A DNA stretch of 64,000 nucleotides from Mobula hypostoma (Eukaryota). The stretch spans positions 79,362,001 through 79,426,000 of the forward strand of contig NC_086108.1 in the NCBI RefSeq assembly GCF_963921235.1, in the 5' to 3' direction. Numbering within the stretch: position 1 is the first letter of the stretch; every line of letters begins with the position of its first letter. Shown here in pieces: positions 28,191-42,399 of this stretch. The notes under the pieces are model-generated. The model searched no databases and was not told where the DNA came from. It saw only the letters and a program-made list of their open reading frames with translations. The translations under genes were made by a program, and so were the position numbers.

Positions 28191-30904
28191 TTTTCTACAC
28201 TAAGTGAGAACCAAATCCCTAACCTAACAAGCCACTAACAGTGATTTTTAGAAGCGATTTTTTTAAAAAAAAGAACAAGAATTGTATTGATTTAAAAATA
28301 AATATGATAATTAATACACCAAGAAACAATTAAGGATGTCAAAACAAACACAGCTTTCTGGGAAAAAAGGGCCTTTTCTTCTCGATATTCAGGCCAATTC
28401 CATGCAAGGTTGGACTGACTCCATAAAGAGACCAGCATTGCATATTTCACTCAACGCATCTGAGACTTACGTGAGTTGGTCTGGCTTGACCTGAAGTCCA
28501 GCTGTTCCCTTTGGAAATGCTGGCTACAACCAGTGTGATTTAGTCAGTTGACTTGACAGATCAGTGGAGCTCATGGACAAGACTGGCTAATGTTCCTATT
28601 TTTGGTTGCACATTTAAATATGGGTAAATCTTGGCAAAATTAATATTCAGTGATATGTGCATTGTGATTAAATGCATATTTTAATACCAAGTACATGTGG
28701 AGCTTGGTTATAGGTGTCTCTTGTGTTTCATGGATAGTGGGATACTGCACCATTAAGTTCTTTATTACAAAGAAATGAACCTTCTTTTAGGAGAACTGGG
28801 AATGCTGCTTTGCATCTGATCTCTGCCTTGCATTGGTTTCTTTTTAATGTAATATACCTGCAAAACACATGCAAGAAACAGACTGATCTTGCTTACTCAT
28901 AGATTTGTTTTTAATACTGCCATATTCATAGATATTAATATTTTATGTATGTTTTAATTTGGGTTGGCTTTCTAAAACAGATTCTTGCTCTCATGCATGA
29001 CAGCTGTACCCCTTGCTGCGTATGGCCATTAAATTATGTGAATAATCCACAGCGGATCAGCTGTCGCATACAGCATGCATTTGATCTTCAGTCTGTGGTT
29101 GTCTATTAATGAGTCCTGACAACAACCAATGAGTAGGTTCATTGCGGCATTCAATGGGATTTTGTCGGCACTGACCCAAATCCTGTGGAGGGTAAATTAT
29201 TGTTTCAAGTGACCTAGAGATGGATGATTTGGCCTTAGACAAATTAAAGAAGCAGCATGTGTATTGTATAAGAGGTCATCTTTGTTGTTAGCTATATATT
29301 TATTAATAGTGGAGTGCTGGAAAATAGGGTACATCTGTATTATGTCCCATTCAAATTTCAACAATTACATTAAAGCTTCATATGGCCCTCTGATAAATTG
29401 ACATGTTAAATATGATGTGCATTCATAAGCACTTAATAAACTTTGCTTGAAAGGAACTTCTGAAGAGGTTTTCACATATAACTATAAACTTTGTCAACTC
29501 CAGGAAGCAGAGCAAAGTAATAGTAACTATTATCTCCCCTTTTGGCCAATCTGTTGGATCTTCCTTAGAGGTGTATTTCAATAAATGTTCCCCATTTCAT
29601 TTTTATATACTAACCTCAGTATCCCAGAATAAACTTCCTTGACGTAAACTTAAGATTTTTCTAAAGGTACTGCATTTTATTGGGATGATGTTCCATGTGT
29701 TTAAGCACCTTTGTAAAATATTCTCTTTGCACAGAGAATTGATGAGTTCTGACCATGGCAGGAAATGTAGGTAGCCATGATGTTGTTTCTGTCCAATATC
29801 TGAATACTCATGTCATTTCCAGAAATGTTTACTGAATAGCGCAAATTCAGTTTTAAAATAGTTTCCAAGTTGTGCTGCTAACACTGCCAATGAGAGATCA
29901 CTTAGGTGCATGCTAGGAGTCAATTTTGTTTGTGTAGTATAGTTGCTAATTTGTGCTTTGTTTGGCTTGTAACGTACTGGAAGTCATGCCTCCTATCATA
30001 TTGGGAAAAACACTGGAAAGCAGAAACTACCCTCCTTGATATGAAGAATAGTTAAATCAATGTAGAAATTTGGCTTAATTACAGACTGCCAAATTGGATC
30101 TCAAAATTGCATTTAATGCCATGTGTTAAGCACAAAGAATTGAGGATTTGATGCTAGAGATCAGTATTAAAAAGGACCATTAATAATTCAAAGTTTAGTT
30201 GTTGATTATGGTTAGGACATATGTTTGAAGTAGGATAATAATGTGCTTCTGGATGACTTCTGAGTTGGGAAATGGTGTGGTTAGCTGGGAGCTCAAGAAG
30301 TTGACTTCAGGGTTTCTGCATTATCCAGACATTCCCAGAAATGGAAGCTGTAGTATCCTTTATTCTTTCAGAGCAGGGCAAGCTGTAAGTAGAGAGTTGT
30401 GACATGCTCTTGGCAGGAGATTTAGAGCAATTCTTGCATGTCCATCTCGAGTCATCTGTGATACGCAAGTAGCTCCTCACAAAAGTATGCCACATACTCA
30501 TACCGTACTTAGCCAGTTACTGTTGAGTTGATGGTGGCCATTAAATTCTGTGTTGTATATTATAAGCAGAAGTGGGATACCCCCTCAGAGCATCCCAGTT
30601 TGTCTTGAAGTGTTGCATTAGGGCGATCAGACTTTTTATGTTAAGTGGGTTAACTTAACTGTTGCTAGCCTTTTCTCAAACTGAATTATGAAATTGAATA
30701 ATACTGAATGGACATTGTGGATATTTTAACTAAAATTCTTGGTAAAGTGCCCATTTGGATGACTGACCAATAACTACTTGTGATACCTGCATCTGCTTTG
30801 CTGCACCCTCCCACTTAACCCCACAAAAGTATTTTGTTCTGAATGACACTTTCAAACTTCTAAATTACTACCTAAGAAATAATACTTATTTTGAGATGTA
30901 GCCT

Positions 30905-31260
30905 ACTGTTTGCAGCTGTATTTGTGGGGTATAAATAGGATAGACATCAGTAAACTATTCCCTGTAGCAGAGATGTCTATAATGTAAGTGGCATAGGTTT
31001 AAGGTAAGAAATATGAGGTATAGTGCAAATACATGGAAGAAAATTTTTTTCAGCTAAAGGGTGGTTGGAGTTTGGATTGTACTGCTTGAATGAGTGGCAG
31101 AGGCAGAGACTTACACAAAATTTGAGTATCTGGATGATCACTTGTTTCACCGAAGCATAGTAGGTCATGGGTCAAGTATAACTAAATAGATGTTGATGGA
31201 TACTCAATGGCCAGCATGGATAGGGCGGGTCAAGGGGACCCATTGCTGCGCTGTTGCTCA
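30905..31260 (+). mobile_element. CR1 LINE 3' end, degenerate
   Basis: ggcataggtttaaggtaaga...gggtggttggagtttggattgtactgc...ccagcatggatagggcgggtcaagggg matches the CR1 ORF2 end and UTR of other copies. Confidence 0.6.
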
Positions 31261-34200
31261 ATCTGAAACCCTGAAGTCTTTATTTAGCAAAAGTGACTGC
31301 TCATGTCATTCTCCTGCCAGTTCAGCTTATAACTAAGTAAGGTTATTTAGGTTTGATGTTGTCTGCACATTTCTTAAACTTTTTGGGAGTGAAGAGAAAC
31401 ATATGCAGTTTAGTGCTTTGTTATAGTATTATTTTTAGGGTGTTGGCACGGAATTCTTGGCAATCTAATTTTGTTGCAAACTCTCCAATGTAGATTTCAA
31501 AATTATAACTCTTGCTCTTAGTAAAAATGTTAAAAGTGCTTCTGTTTGACACACCAAGGTATTTTGGATGAGTTGACCCAAATCACTTTGCTGCCCAATT
31601 ACCTCCAAAGAATGCTTGAAGGTATTCAGTGGCAGTAACCATATTTTGCTTTGTAATGAGCATTCCATTCGTGCACTATTTTGCATAGTTTTGCAAGAAC
31701 TGATGTGAACTTTTTAGGGTTTGATACTTACATTGTATTATAAGACAAAATAGCTGATGACTTTGTACTCTGGTCGTGAGAAGCTGAGGTACACAAACTA
31801 AGTAGGAACAGATTCCGTTCCCTTAGTACTGTTTCAGTTGATTTCCATTTGAACAGAATGATAGTGTCACAATTACCACAATGGTGAGCATGGGAAAAGT
31901 AGATACCCCTGCACTGTGGGGAGCCCAGCAAAGAGAGCAGAAGGCTTGGATGTGTTCAACCTGGGGCCAAATAACCTGATAGTACTCCCTGTTGAGACGT
32001 GTATGTGAACACTGTCATTGGGGTAAGTATGTAGCTGTGGATTGTGTTGTCTGTAGAATTATTTTGCAGGAACTTGGCAGTATCTTCAGGTTAAAAGTAA
32101 AAGAGCAACTTATGGAAAATATAAACTTTATTTTTGGGTGTTGTAACCAAGATTTCGTTGCTGCTAACAACGGTGAATATTGATTAGAATTACTTTAATT
32201 AGTTTCTTTCATGCAGTTGACTAATTTAGAGTTTCATTTTGGCTGTAGGACATGATCAGTGAGAGGAATAGATTTAGAGGCATTAGCATTCCTTGAATTG
32301 GTGAGATTTTAGGATTTTCATTTATGTTACATACACCAAGAGGCCTGGTTTCACTGCCCTCCTGCTTAGAATCTTTACCTGAGGTTCCTCATGCCTATGT
32401 TTGGTTAGTCCAAATGACAAGGAGCAGTCCTCTCCTATGCCAAAGCATCCTGGAGTATAGTGGCATCAAGGCCTACAGTGGTACTTCAGGAAGTTTGCTG
32501 GTGAAACATTGCCTCCAGCTATCCTGAATGCAAAAGTATGTGTATATTTTTAATAGATTTTAAATGTTATTGCAGACATTTGAAAGCTATTAAAACTGAT
32601 TTTTAAAATGGTAAATTTAAATGAAAGTTATGAAAAACACATGTAGGCGTCATTCACTGAGTGGCAAATTTATCATATTGGTCTGGTTTTTGAGTTTTTC
32701 ATTTATGCAAACAAGCATTAGCTAATGCAAAAGAAAAAGACTTGCCTTTCCGTTCATCTCTGAACATATTTTTGCAATCCTCATTGAAATAAATGAAATC
32801 TTGGATCTTGTGCCAAGTTTAACCTCGCAAAGTATACGAAAGGGATCTTTTCTCCCCACCCCAAATTGCTGGGAGTTTCACCAAGATTCCTTTGGAGTTC
32901 AGCAGCTGAGCAAACTGGCAGATTGAATGCTCTGAATCTGTTGGAAAATCTGGGACTTCTGATAGCTTTTTTGCTGATGTGTATGAGTGGCTTTACAGCT
33001 GGACATGGTTCCATTCTTCTTGGTACTTGTGTGCTTTCTCAGTCTCATTTCTCATTCTTTGTTTCTAATAGTTCGTCTTTACCTCCAGTGTATTGTATCT
33101 GCTGAAACGTTTTGCATGTATTTTAAAGTACCAAGGTTGTTCCAAAGAAAAATTGTTGTATCTGAAAGTGCAAAATAAAGCGAAGATAAAACATTGGTGA
33201 GTTTTTGACAAGAAGTATCTCTGGAATGAAATAAATGTTGATGCCTCTGGCCAATGACTTTAACATTTTTTTATATTTATGAAGCACTTCGTTTTGTGAT
33301 TATTTTCCCCCTACTTTTTGCCTCTGATGTGATCTTCTAGATATTTAAGCAAGCATTAACTGATTCAATGTGTTGATTGAACTTCAGATCCTTCTTCTAT
33401 GCCTTTAGCTCAATTTTTCTTCAATACCTTTCCCTTTGTCTCCCATATAGTACAATTTTCCTGAGGAAAAATCATCTCCAGAATGTGAAAGTCTGTTGGC
33501 TTTTTCTTAATTCAAAAAAAGGTAATGTTGGAAGCCCTCAACAGCATCCATGGGGAGAGAAACAATCAACTTTTTGGGTTGAGGACCCTTCATTAAAACT
33601 CTAAAGCTGAAAGTGCTTTCATTTACAGAGGGGGGTAGGGGAAGACTGCAGGGAAAGAAATATCTTCATGCAAAGAGACGATATCATCAGCAGGAAGTGC
33701 CTCAAGATGGTGGCATCATGGTTAAGGCCCCTCACCATCTGGATATGCCCTTTTCTCATTACTACCATCAGGGAAGAGGTAGAGGAGCCTGAAGACCCAC
33801 ACTTAATGTTTTAGGAACAGCCCTTTCCCCTCTGCCATCTGAACAGTCCATGAGCTCATGAATATTACCTCACTATTTCCTCTTTCACACTATCGAATTA
33901 TTTACTTTTATTATTGTGACTTTAGTAATTTCTTTTGCTTGCAGTGTACACAAAACAACACATTTCACGAATTACTGAACATCATTGACAATAAATCTGG
34001 TTCCGAATATCTGTGACCTGAGCTTACTGAAGTCACCTGGAAAACAAATTACTTTTCAAAAAAAAAGTATCACCTCGATACAGCAAAGAAAAATAAATCA
34101 ATTGGAAACAGAGAAATACATTCATATTTGTGGAGAGTAAAAGAAATGAGCGGTTATCAGAAATTGTTAAATTTGCATCTCAAAAGGGTCTCAACAAACG

Positions 34201-34659
34201 AAGAGAGAAGAAGTGCTCTTCCATGTGCATTGAAGCAGTACGGAAGTTGAACTGAATGGAGGTGTTTTGAAAAGCATTCATCTAATCTGCCTTTGGCTTT
34301 CTGATATAAAGGAATTGCATTGTGAGAACTAAAGACAGTACATGAGATAGGAAATCAAACGAAAAGCAGACACTGGAAAGCATCTCCGAATCCTGAAAAG
34401 TTGACACTGTATCTCCTCCCATCATTGTGGCCTGAGCTTTGGAGCTTTTCGACATTTTCTAGTTGCTTCTTTGCTTGGAATGATTGGTTGAATCATTAGA
34501 TGGTGGGAAGGAATATATTTAAAAAAAAAACAAGTGTTTCCTCTGCCATGTTTGTATTGGAAAATGCTGTGAAAAGGCCAGCAGTTTTGGAGATGAATGT
34601 TGACCGAGGAGTACTGGAAAGAGGTTTCCAGTCAGAAATCAGAAAATGTGGGGTAGGGG

Positions 34660-34940
34660 AATATCTGTCTGTTGACAAAATCTAGCTGGAGATGGTGGGC
34701 ATGATCTGTTCAAAGTGAAACTGGGGTAGAAGATGAGACACATCTGTCCATATTCCGGCTTGGAGGAGAGGAGATGAGAGCAGAAGTATGGGAAGTAGAA
34801 TATGGGACGTGTGTCAATAAAGAACCCCATTAATGATGGTAAATAGAAAGCCATATTTAAGGCAAAAGGAAGGTATCATAAACATTACTGTGGAAAATCT
34901 AGTCATCAGAACACGTACAATGAGATGGAGGGATGGAATG
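34660..34940 (-). mobile_element. Penelope-like element coding remnant
   Basis: Similar to 24360-24660 (ggggtagaagatgagacacatctgtcc...agagcagaagtatgggaagtagaa). Confidence 0.45.
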
Positions 34941-36134
34941 TGGTTAGTGCTAGTGGTGCTGTAATTTATTATTTATACTTAATTACCCTGGAACTAAAGG
35001 CCCAGTTACATTGGAGTCTTTGAAGTTGCGTATAGAATAAACAGAGGGAGAATGGCATATTCCTTCCCCTGAACTATTTCAGTGAACTGGATTATTTTTG
35101 ATGACAGTGCAAATAAGAACCAGCTTTATTATCACTGTCTCAGATGATGTGGAATTTGTTGTTATGTGGCAGCAGTACAGTGTAGACATAAAAATGACTA
35201 TAAATTACAAAAATAAATTGCACAAAAAGAAGTGTTCATAGACCATTCAGGAATCCAGCAGTTTTATGGTTACCACTACTGAGACTATACTTTTTAAAAA
35301 ATTAATTTAATTACTTGAGTTTAAATTCCCCAGCTGGAATTGAACTATTGTTTCTGGATCAGTGATCCAGTACTCTGGCAGCTAGTCTGATAGCTTAACC
35401 ACTATGCAACCATACTGGTGTTTTGTACTAAGTCTTGCTTAGCCTAGTGTGTTACTCTCATTGACTTCCTATTTATCCCCAAAGCATCAGAGTTACTCCA
35501 TCAACTTATCCCATTATCCTGAAAATGCTAGCAATCTCATGTCCTTTTCAGTTTTGGTGCTGGCTTCTTAGCCCATTTCTTTCAATCTCTCCACATCATC
35601 GCGAGAGCGTTGTAGGGCTCCTGTTTAGATTTCCATTTCTAAGTCGCTAACCTCATCTCTTTAAAAGCCTCTCAACCCACATTATTAATTAAGCGGCTCC
35701 ATATATGTTAAATGCATGTCTGTCAGTCTTCTTGTAATACATTTTATTATCTTGGAAGTAATTGTTTTAATGGAAAGTTCCTCAATGAAAGTAATAGTAT
35801 TGTAGAGTTGCTTTTGAACTTGTATAATTACAAGACATAGTACTGTTAATTGAATGACATATAGATTCAGTACATTCTAGAAGTACAAAATAATCCAGCC
35901 CAGTGGTAGCAATTTAGCCCATCTTCCTTACATTGGCTCTTTCAAAGGGCTATCAAAATAATGAATAGTGACTTTTTTTTTATTACATACATTTTTGAAG
36001 AATGAACTCAGTGACTGAACCTCCACAGCCTTCCAGCATAGAGGCTGGTGAATCTTTGCAATTGAAGTGAAGAAATTTCTCCATGTTTTAGTCCTAAAAC
36101 CCCATGCTTAAAGAATGTGACCTCTAGTTACAGA

Positions 36135-36740
36135 GGGAAAATTAATACAGCATAGCAGCCGGCTTGTCAGCCCACAATGCTGGTGCTGACCAAGATGCTA
36201 GTTTAAACGAATCCCATCTACTTGCGTATGCTCTATACCTTTCCATTCCCCACCACTTCATGTGCCTTTCTAAGTGATCCTTAATGGTGCTTTTGCATCA
36301 ATTTTTTCCATCTCTCCTGGCAATGCATTCCAAGCACCTACTATTGCCCATGTGAGATGAAAAACTTGTCTCACAAATCTTCTTTAACTTCCCCCTCTTA
36401 CCTTGAAGCTCTGCCTTCTCGAACTTGACATTTCCAACCTGGGAGCAAAGACTGACTAACTATCCTACCTCTGCCACTCAATTTTTAAAACACTTCAGAA
36501 AACAATCCAAGTTTGTCCAACTCTCCTTCCAGTTAGTACTCTCTGATTGAGACAAAATCCTGGTGAACTACTTCTGCACAGTCTTTAAAGCCTTCACAGC
36601 TTCTATAACGTGATGATCAAAGCTGCACACATACTCCAATGTGGCCTAACTAGAGTTTTATACAGCAACAGTCTATAAAATGTGACTTCCCATATTGTAT
36701 TGTCATTGCTCAACTGATTAAGGTAAGTGTACTACACCTC
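36135..36740 (-). mobile_element. CR1 LINE 3' fragment
   Basis: Reverse complement of CR1 ORF2 end (ctgcacacatactccaatgtggcctaac; cctggcaatgcattccaagcacctact). Confidence 0.7.
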
Positions 36741-39019
36741 GCACTTGTCCGGATTAAGTTTCTGCTAGTTTGAGGAACGGCACAATATCGTGGGCTGAAT
36801 GGCCTGTACTGTGCTGTTCTGTGTTCTCCAGCTGGACATGTTGCCAACTCAGCCAGAGGAAACACCTGCCCTGTATGCTGCTGTTAAGCATTAAGAATGG
36901 AAAGGTTTCAGTAAGTTCATCTCACATTCTTCTAAACTGCAGCGACTGCATATTGTGTGTAGTCTGTCTCCTCACACAGATAATCCACCATCCCATGAAC
37001 CACTTGGGTAAGTCTCTTGAAAGCTCCTGTGGAATATGAAGTTGCGCTGGCAGCTTTCGCCAGCTGTATCATTCAATACCTGTGCAGTTTAGTTGTCCAT
37101 TTCTCTGTACCTCAAAAAAATATTCTACTGCTGCCAGGTCGCTGCATAGCTGTTGCAGTTATAGGAGGCGTAGGTAACTGATGTGATGAGATTGCGGTAT
37201 CACTGAATGATGGTCTTGATTCCTGGGTCAGATTATTCTTTAATGCTTCATTTACAACTGTTTATTGCTTGAATTTTTCTTTCTTCCTCTAACATTGCCT
37301 TCAACCTAAGCGAATACTGTTCCAAAGATTTAGGAAGGTGGGCATGTCCATATACAGAATGGGGGAATATTTCCAATACTTGACTGGGGGTGTCTTTGAA
37401 ACTGAATCCATTTCTGTGTGAAGCTGCCACCTACATGGGTTTTTTCCAGCTGGGTACAATGGATAATGAAAAGGACCAGAAGCCTTGGTCATTGTGCCCT
37501 GCTTCTAGCTGGCGGAGTTTGAAGCCAGAATGGATTTAACAGATGGGACCCTCCTGGCCTGTAGGGCTCAGCCCACACGTGATTCATTCACGCACTGAGC
37601 CATGGGGAAAATTTCTGTCTTGGCATAATGGTTTATGGTTGTGACAGTCTATTATGTGGCAAGGCTGAGAAAGTATGTTCCAGTCATTAATATGCCTGCA
37701 TGATTGAAAACTCATTTGATGTAAATAACAGAAGCCCAAGTTACTGTTATTCTATAAAATAAAAAATCTTTATTTTCCACTAGTGAATGTTGTCTCTTTT
37801 TCAAAGGCGTGAGACAAGGTGTTTGTATCTAATCTACTGTGAGGGCCTTGTTCTGACTCTACATGGATACAAATGCCTGTCCTGAGGATTGAACAGCTAT
37901 TCTTTCCCATTGTAGTTGTCATTAATGTTTGCTGTACTATATAACGCTTAGAGGCAATGAAACAAAATGAATATATTTATGGGTTCAAAATGCTGCTTGT
38001 TTAACCTTAATTAGCAGTACATACTGCTCTACATGCAGTTCACAAACTGATTAGTGGTTGTGTTTTTGATTAAGACATTTTTCTTTCCTCTCCCTCCCCC
38101 CTATTTCATTAACCAGTTTCAGGCTGATTTATGCAGATTAGGTAGCACGTCTGTCAGCAGTTCACGATTTAAAACTGAATTGCCCGTTATATTTTCTGAA
38201 GCCCAAATATAATTTCAAGATTCAAATTTTAATTCTTAACTTGCAGTGTAATGTACGGCATAGCCGCTTGATCTTAGGAGGAGCTTTTTGAGTTTATTGG
38301 TATGCGGGCGTACTTGCCATTTGGATTTAGAAATTAGTGGAAGGCAAATGTTTTACAAAGGAAGCTGTGCTGAGAGCTCATCATTATAATGGTTGGCAGA
38401 TATCTGTGCTGGGATGTGCATGGTGTGGTATTGTTACCAATAGCATCATATCGATAAATGAAAACAATTCAGCAATAGTCAGGAAAATTCCAAAAATGTT
38501 CTCCATCCAATATATTCCACTCTCACCCTTCCATCCAGAACCCCAAATTAGAAATTTGAGATGTTAATGCCAATTTTTCTTCCTGTGTTTCGCTTTGCTT
38601 GCTCTTCCTGTTAATCATTAGTCTTTTTCTTGTTTTCCTTCTGCATTTTCTTATGACCATTTTCTCCTCCACTTTAAGGGGGGAAACGTGCTTTGTTTCA
38701 TTTTACTCTTTGTTACATTTTTCTTTGGTATTGTTTTTAGTATTGTATTATCTTTTTATGTACACTATCATCTGTCTTTTTCTATTTCTCTTTGCTTGGG
38801 ATATTTCATTTTTTTTGTTTAGCACAAATACTTATGTTCATACATTCATTCTGTCCGTCTCTCCGTCTTGAGTGTGCTGCTTAATGTTGCATAATTGCTC
38901 AGGAAGGGAGAGAAGTGTGAACATATTCGCCAAAATATTATTTGTGAGTAAACTCTTAGAGTTCAAGATCATGTCACTTGAGATGTGGAAAAGAGACTAA
39001 AAGAGAAGATTAAAAGCAA

Positions 39020-39206
39020 AGCAGCAAGCACAAAATGTTGAAGGAACTCAGCACGTCAGGCAGCATCAATGGAAATGAATAAACAGTCAAAGCCTCAGCC
39101 AGGAACGTCAACTATTTATTCATTTCCATAGATGCTGCCTGACCTGCTGAGTTCCTCAAGTATTTTGTGTGTGTTGCTTTGGATTTCCAGCTGTCTCGTG
39201 TTTCTT
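39020..39206. mobile_element. Fold-back Penelope-derived element with 11-bp TSD
   Basis: ATTAAAAGCAA at 39009-39019 and 39207-39217. Inverted arms cacaaaatgttgaaggaactcagcacgtcaggcagcatcaatggaaatgaataaa / tttattcatttccatagatgctgcctgacctgctgagttcctcaagtattttgtg. Confidence 0.8.
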
Positions 39207-39269
39207 ATTAAAAGCAAGCTATGTTGAGTGTTTCTTGGCACCATGCTTTCTTCTAATAAATCTGAGACT

Positions 39270-40068
39270 CAGTGATGAGTGTAGAGATAAAGGAAGCTGT
39301 GAGAAGGGAAGTGTATGGTCATGCACTTTGGTAGAAGGAATAAAGGCAGAGACTGTTTTCTAAATGGGGAACAAATTCAGAAATTGCAGTACACGGCAAC
39401 CTGGGAACGTTAGAGCAGGATTCCCTAAAGGTTAACTTGCAGGTTGAGTTGGTACTAAGGAAGGCAAGTGCAATGCATTCGTTTCCAGAGGTCTACAATA
39501 TAGGAAGGATATAATGCAAAGGCTTTATAAGGCATTGGGTAGACCACACTTGGAATACTTGGAGCAGTTTTGGGTCCCATATCTAAGAAAGTATGTGTTG
39601 GCATTGGAAAAGGTTCATGAGGATGATCCCAGGAATGGAAGCGGCGGAGTATGTGGAGAATTTGATTGCTCTGGGGTCGACTCACTGCAGCACAGAAGAA
39701 TGAAGGGGGTTCTCATTGAAACCTATTGAATATTAAAGCCCTAGATAAAGTGCTGAGGATGCTACCATCTTGGAAGTTTCTAAGACCAGAGGGCACAGAC
39801 TCTGAATAGTAGGACGTCCCTTTACAATAGAGGTGAGGAGAAATTTCTTTAGGCAGATGGTGATGAATCTGTGCAAGTTAATTGGCAGAGAGGGTGTGCA
39901 GGCCAAGTCATTGGGTATATTTAAAGCAGGATTTGGTTGATAGATTCTGGATTAATAACGACATCAAAGGTTGTGGATAGAAAGCAGTAGAAAGGGGTTG
40001 AGAGGGAAAATAGACCAGCCATAATTGATGGGCCAAATGGCCTCATTCTGCTCCTGTGTCTAATGATC
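39270..40068 (+). mobile_element. CR1 LINE 3' portion, degenerate
   Basis: RLYKALGRPHLEYLEQFWVPYLRK, HRRMKGVLIETY and CR1 3' UTR. Confidence 0.85.
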
Positions 40069-40790
40069 TTGCATTGAGCAAGAGCTGTGGAGATGGGGAA
40101 GCATGCAATATGGAAAATTAGATATGTAAAATGAAAAGTAATCCATGTCTCAATCCATGTTGGACAAGTTGATCATCATTTGTAACAATTTTGTGCTTTT
40201 GTGCATTTGTTATCCTGTCCATGTGCCTCCATCCATTCAATATCAATGTTTCAAAACATAAGTGAATTTGCTTTCTTGTTCATGAAGCTTCTCCTTCCTC
40301 TTTATTTTATTAGCAGTATTTTCAAATTGAAGTCTAGTTGGTGGAAATCAGTCACTAAACTACTTAAGAATTAATCACATTTGTTCCACTGTCAGTTTTG
40401 GTGGTGTATTGAGGTTTCGAAGAGGGAGTTGATTGATTGGATCAGATTGCACAGTTTTGGACTACTACAGAATTGACCAAGGTGTGACTTTTGTGTTTTA
40501 TCCTTGCATTCATTAATAGATCTTGCATAAGTGATGTGGAAAAGAGTAACATCATTCTAGGATTTGTAACTGGATATTTCAGCAGTCAAATTTGCACTCT
40601 CGTAATAATAGTAATTTTCCCAGCTGAGATTCTCCCTCTGATATCATTTGTAGTCACGGTAGAAACAGAAACAAATGCTAATCAATTTTTTACATCTGTT
40701 TATTATTCTAAAGAGTGATAATCTGCAATCTTGGAATGAATATATACAGTTTTGTTCAGCCAAGTAAGAAAACCCATTTAACATTAGAAT

Positions 40791-40845
40791 ATAGAGTGCT
40801 GTGCAAAAGTCTTAGGCACCCTAAGACTTTTGCACAGTACTCTAT
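40791..40845. repeat. Near-perfect 26-bp inverted repeat resembling fused Tc1/mariner TIRs
   Basis: ATAGAGTGCTGTGCAAAAGTCTTAGG-CAC-CCTAAGACTTTTGCACAGTACTCTAT, 1 mismatch, TA at both ends. Confidence 0.75.
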
Positions 40846-42399
40846 TTGTCAGTGTAGAGTGGATAATGAGTTTATAAATCTGGTGGGAGCAAAGGATATT
40901 GGGAATGGCGAGGGTGGAGCACCGTGGGAGGAGTGTGGGACAGGTGGCAGAGAAGGATGGCGGGGGTGCAGATGCACCCAGCTCTGAAACACCAGGCAAG
41001 GTCATTTGATTCTAAACAATTGGTTTACTGATGATTACAGATTGTCTCTTTCTGTGCAAATCTGTCTTGTTCTTTCATGTATTTAAGTACAGATTGAGTT
41101 TTACCTGCCGCAAGTGCAAGGCAGATTTAGCTGGATGAAGGTTAACAGCAGCACATGCTAGCATTCAGCCACCCAGTCTGTGCAAGGAACAATTACAAAA
41201 TTATGATTTTAAGTAATAAATAATAATTAAATATTATTTTGCCCAAGGAACTCAGTCTGTGGAGGCAGAGGAATGGTTGATGGATGGGGTCAAGGTCCTG
41301 CATCATTCCTGACTGGTTAGTTCCACCACGTGGCTTGTTTTTGCTCCAGATTACAGCATCTGCAGTCTCGTGTGTAGTTCAATATACATGTGTGTTTGCA
41401 TATGCTCCACAAGCTTGCCTGTGTGGCTTCTTTCAACACCGCTACTCGTTTCCATTTGCAAAACTTTGTCCTCACCTTTGTAATCTATCCTGAGTGGCAG
41501 GGCCACCTTCTGCCTCGATGATATGATAAAATAATGTATTGTTACCGGTCCTTTGTAAAATTAATCTGTAACCCCCGGGTACCAATCTGAATTAAACTCA
41601 ACCTCAATATCGAACAACAGTTCTAAATCTCTAACTTTTGCATAATTTCAGGATTCTACTGGAATTATTTTCAGGATTTCTCATTTGAAGGCCATCAAAC
41701 AGATGATTGATTGCCAGGGTATACAAAAAAAGGGCACACTTCCAGCAGCATCTGCCGGCTTGATCAGTGATCGGGCTTGTGGCTTTGTGTGGCACGTGGC
41801 CTTTATGTCTCATCATTTAGGTTTTTACCTCAGTGTGCAAATTGCAGGCGATCACAAGATATGCATGTAGCTTTGCACCTTGCCACTGTTCTTTGGTCCT
41901 GCATTTCCTGGTCTTGTTACTGCTCAGAGCAGACTTGCTGATTTGGTGATCATTACTGAGGAAGCCATCAGTGTACAGAGCATGTGGTTCAGGTGCCAAG
42001 ACTTATCTGAAGGTGTTCTTAAGTTCACACCAACTACGGTCCTGAGAATGATGGTACTGCACAGCAACAAGGTTCTGGCCAGAGCAGAGGAACACTTCAT
42101 GTTCCATAGCCCACAGCCTTTGTGTGCAGCTGAAACATGTCTTTAGGCCATTTTATGGGCAGGGTGTTGCGTACATTTGCATTCCAATCGCACACAAAAT
42201 CCATTTTCTACTTCCCTGCTCCACTCATTTGAAGTAGATTCCAAATCCCTTTTACCGCAACCTATAATTTGCCTTTTTGTTCATGTGTTTTCATTCAGTA
42301 TATGTGGGGGGGGGGGGAAAACTGGATGTGCAGGCTTATCATCAAAGGTACAACAGCACCATTCCTTTCTTTAGAAGTTTGTGTAGATTTAGCTTGCTA

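Noticed and set aside
41821..41870. ttag|GTTTTTACCTCAGT giving GFYLSV, resembling the expected exon 2 start GFHLSG
   Set aside because: A stop follows after 16 codons and none of the downstream SWIM-domain residues are present, so it is treated as coincidence.
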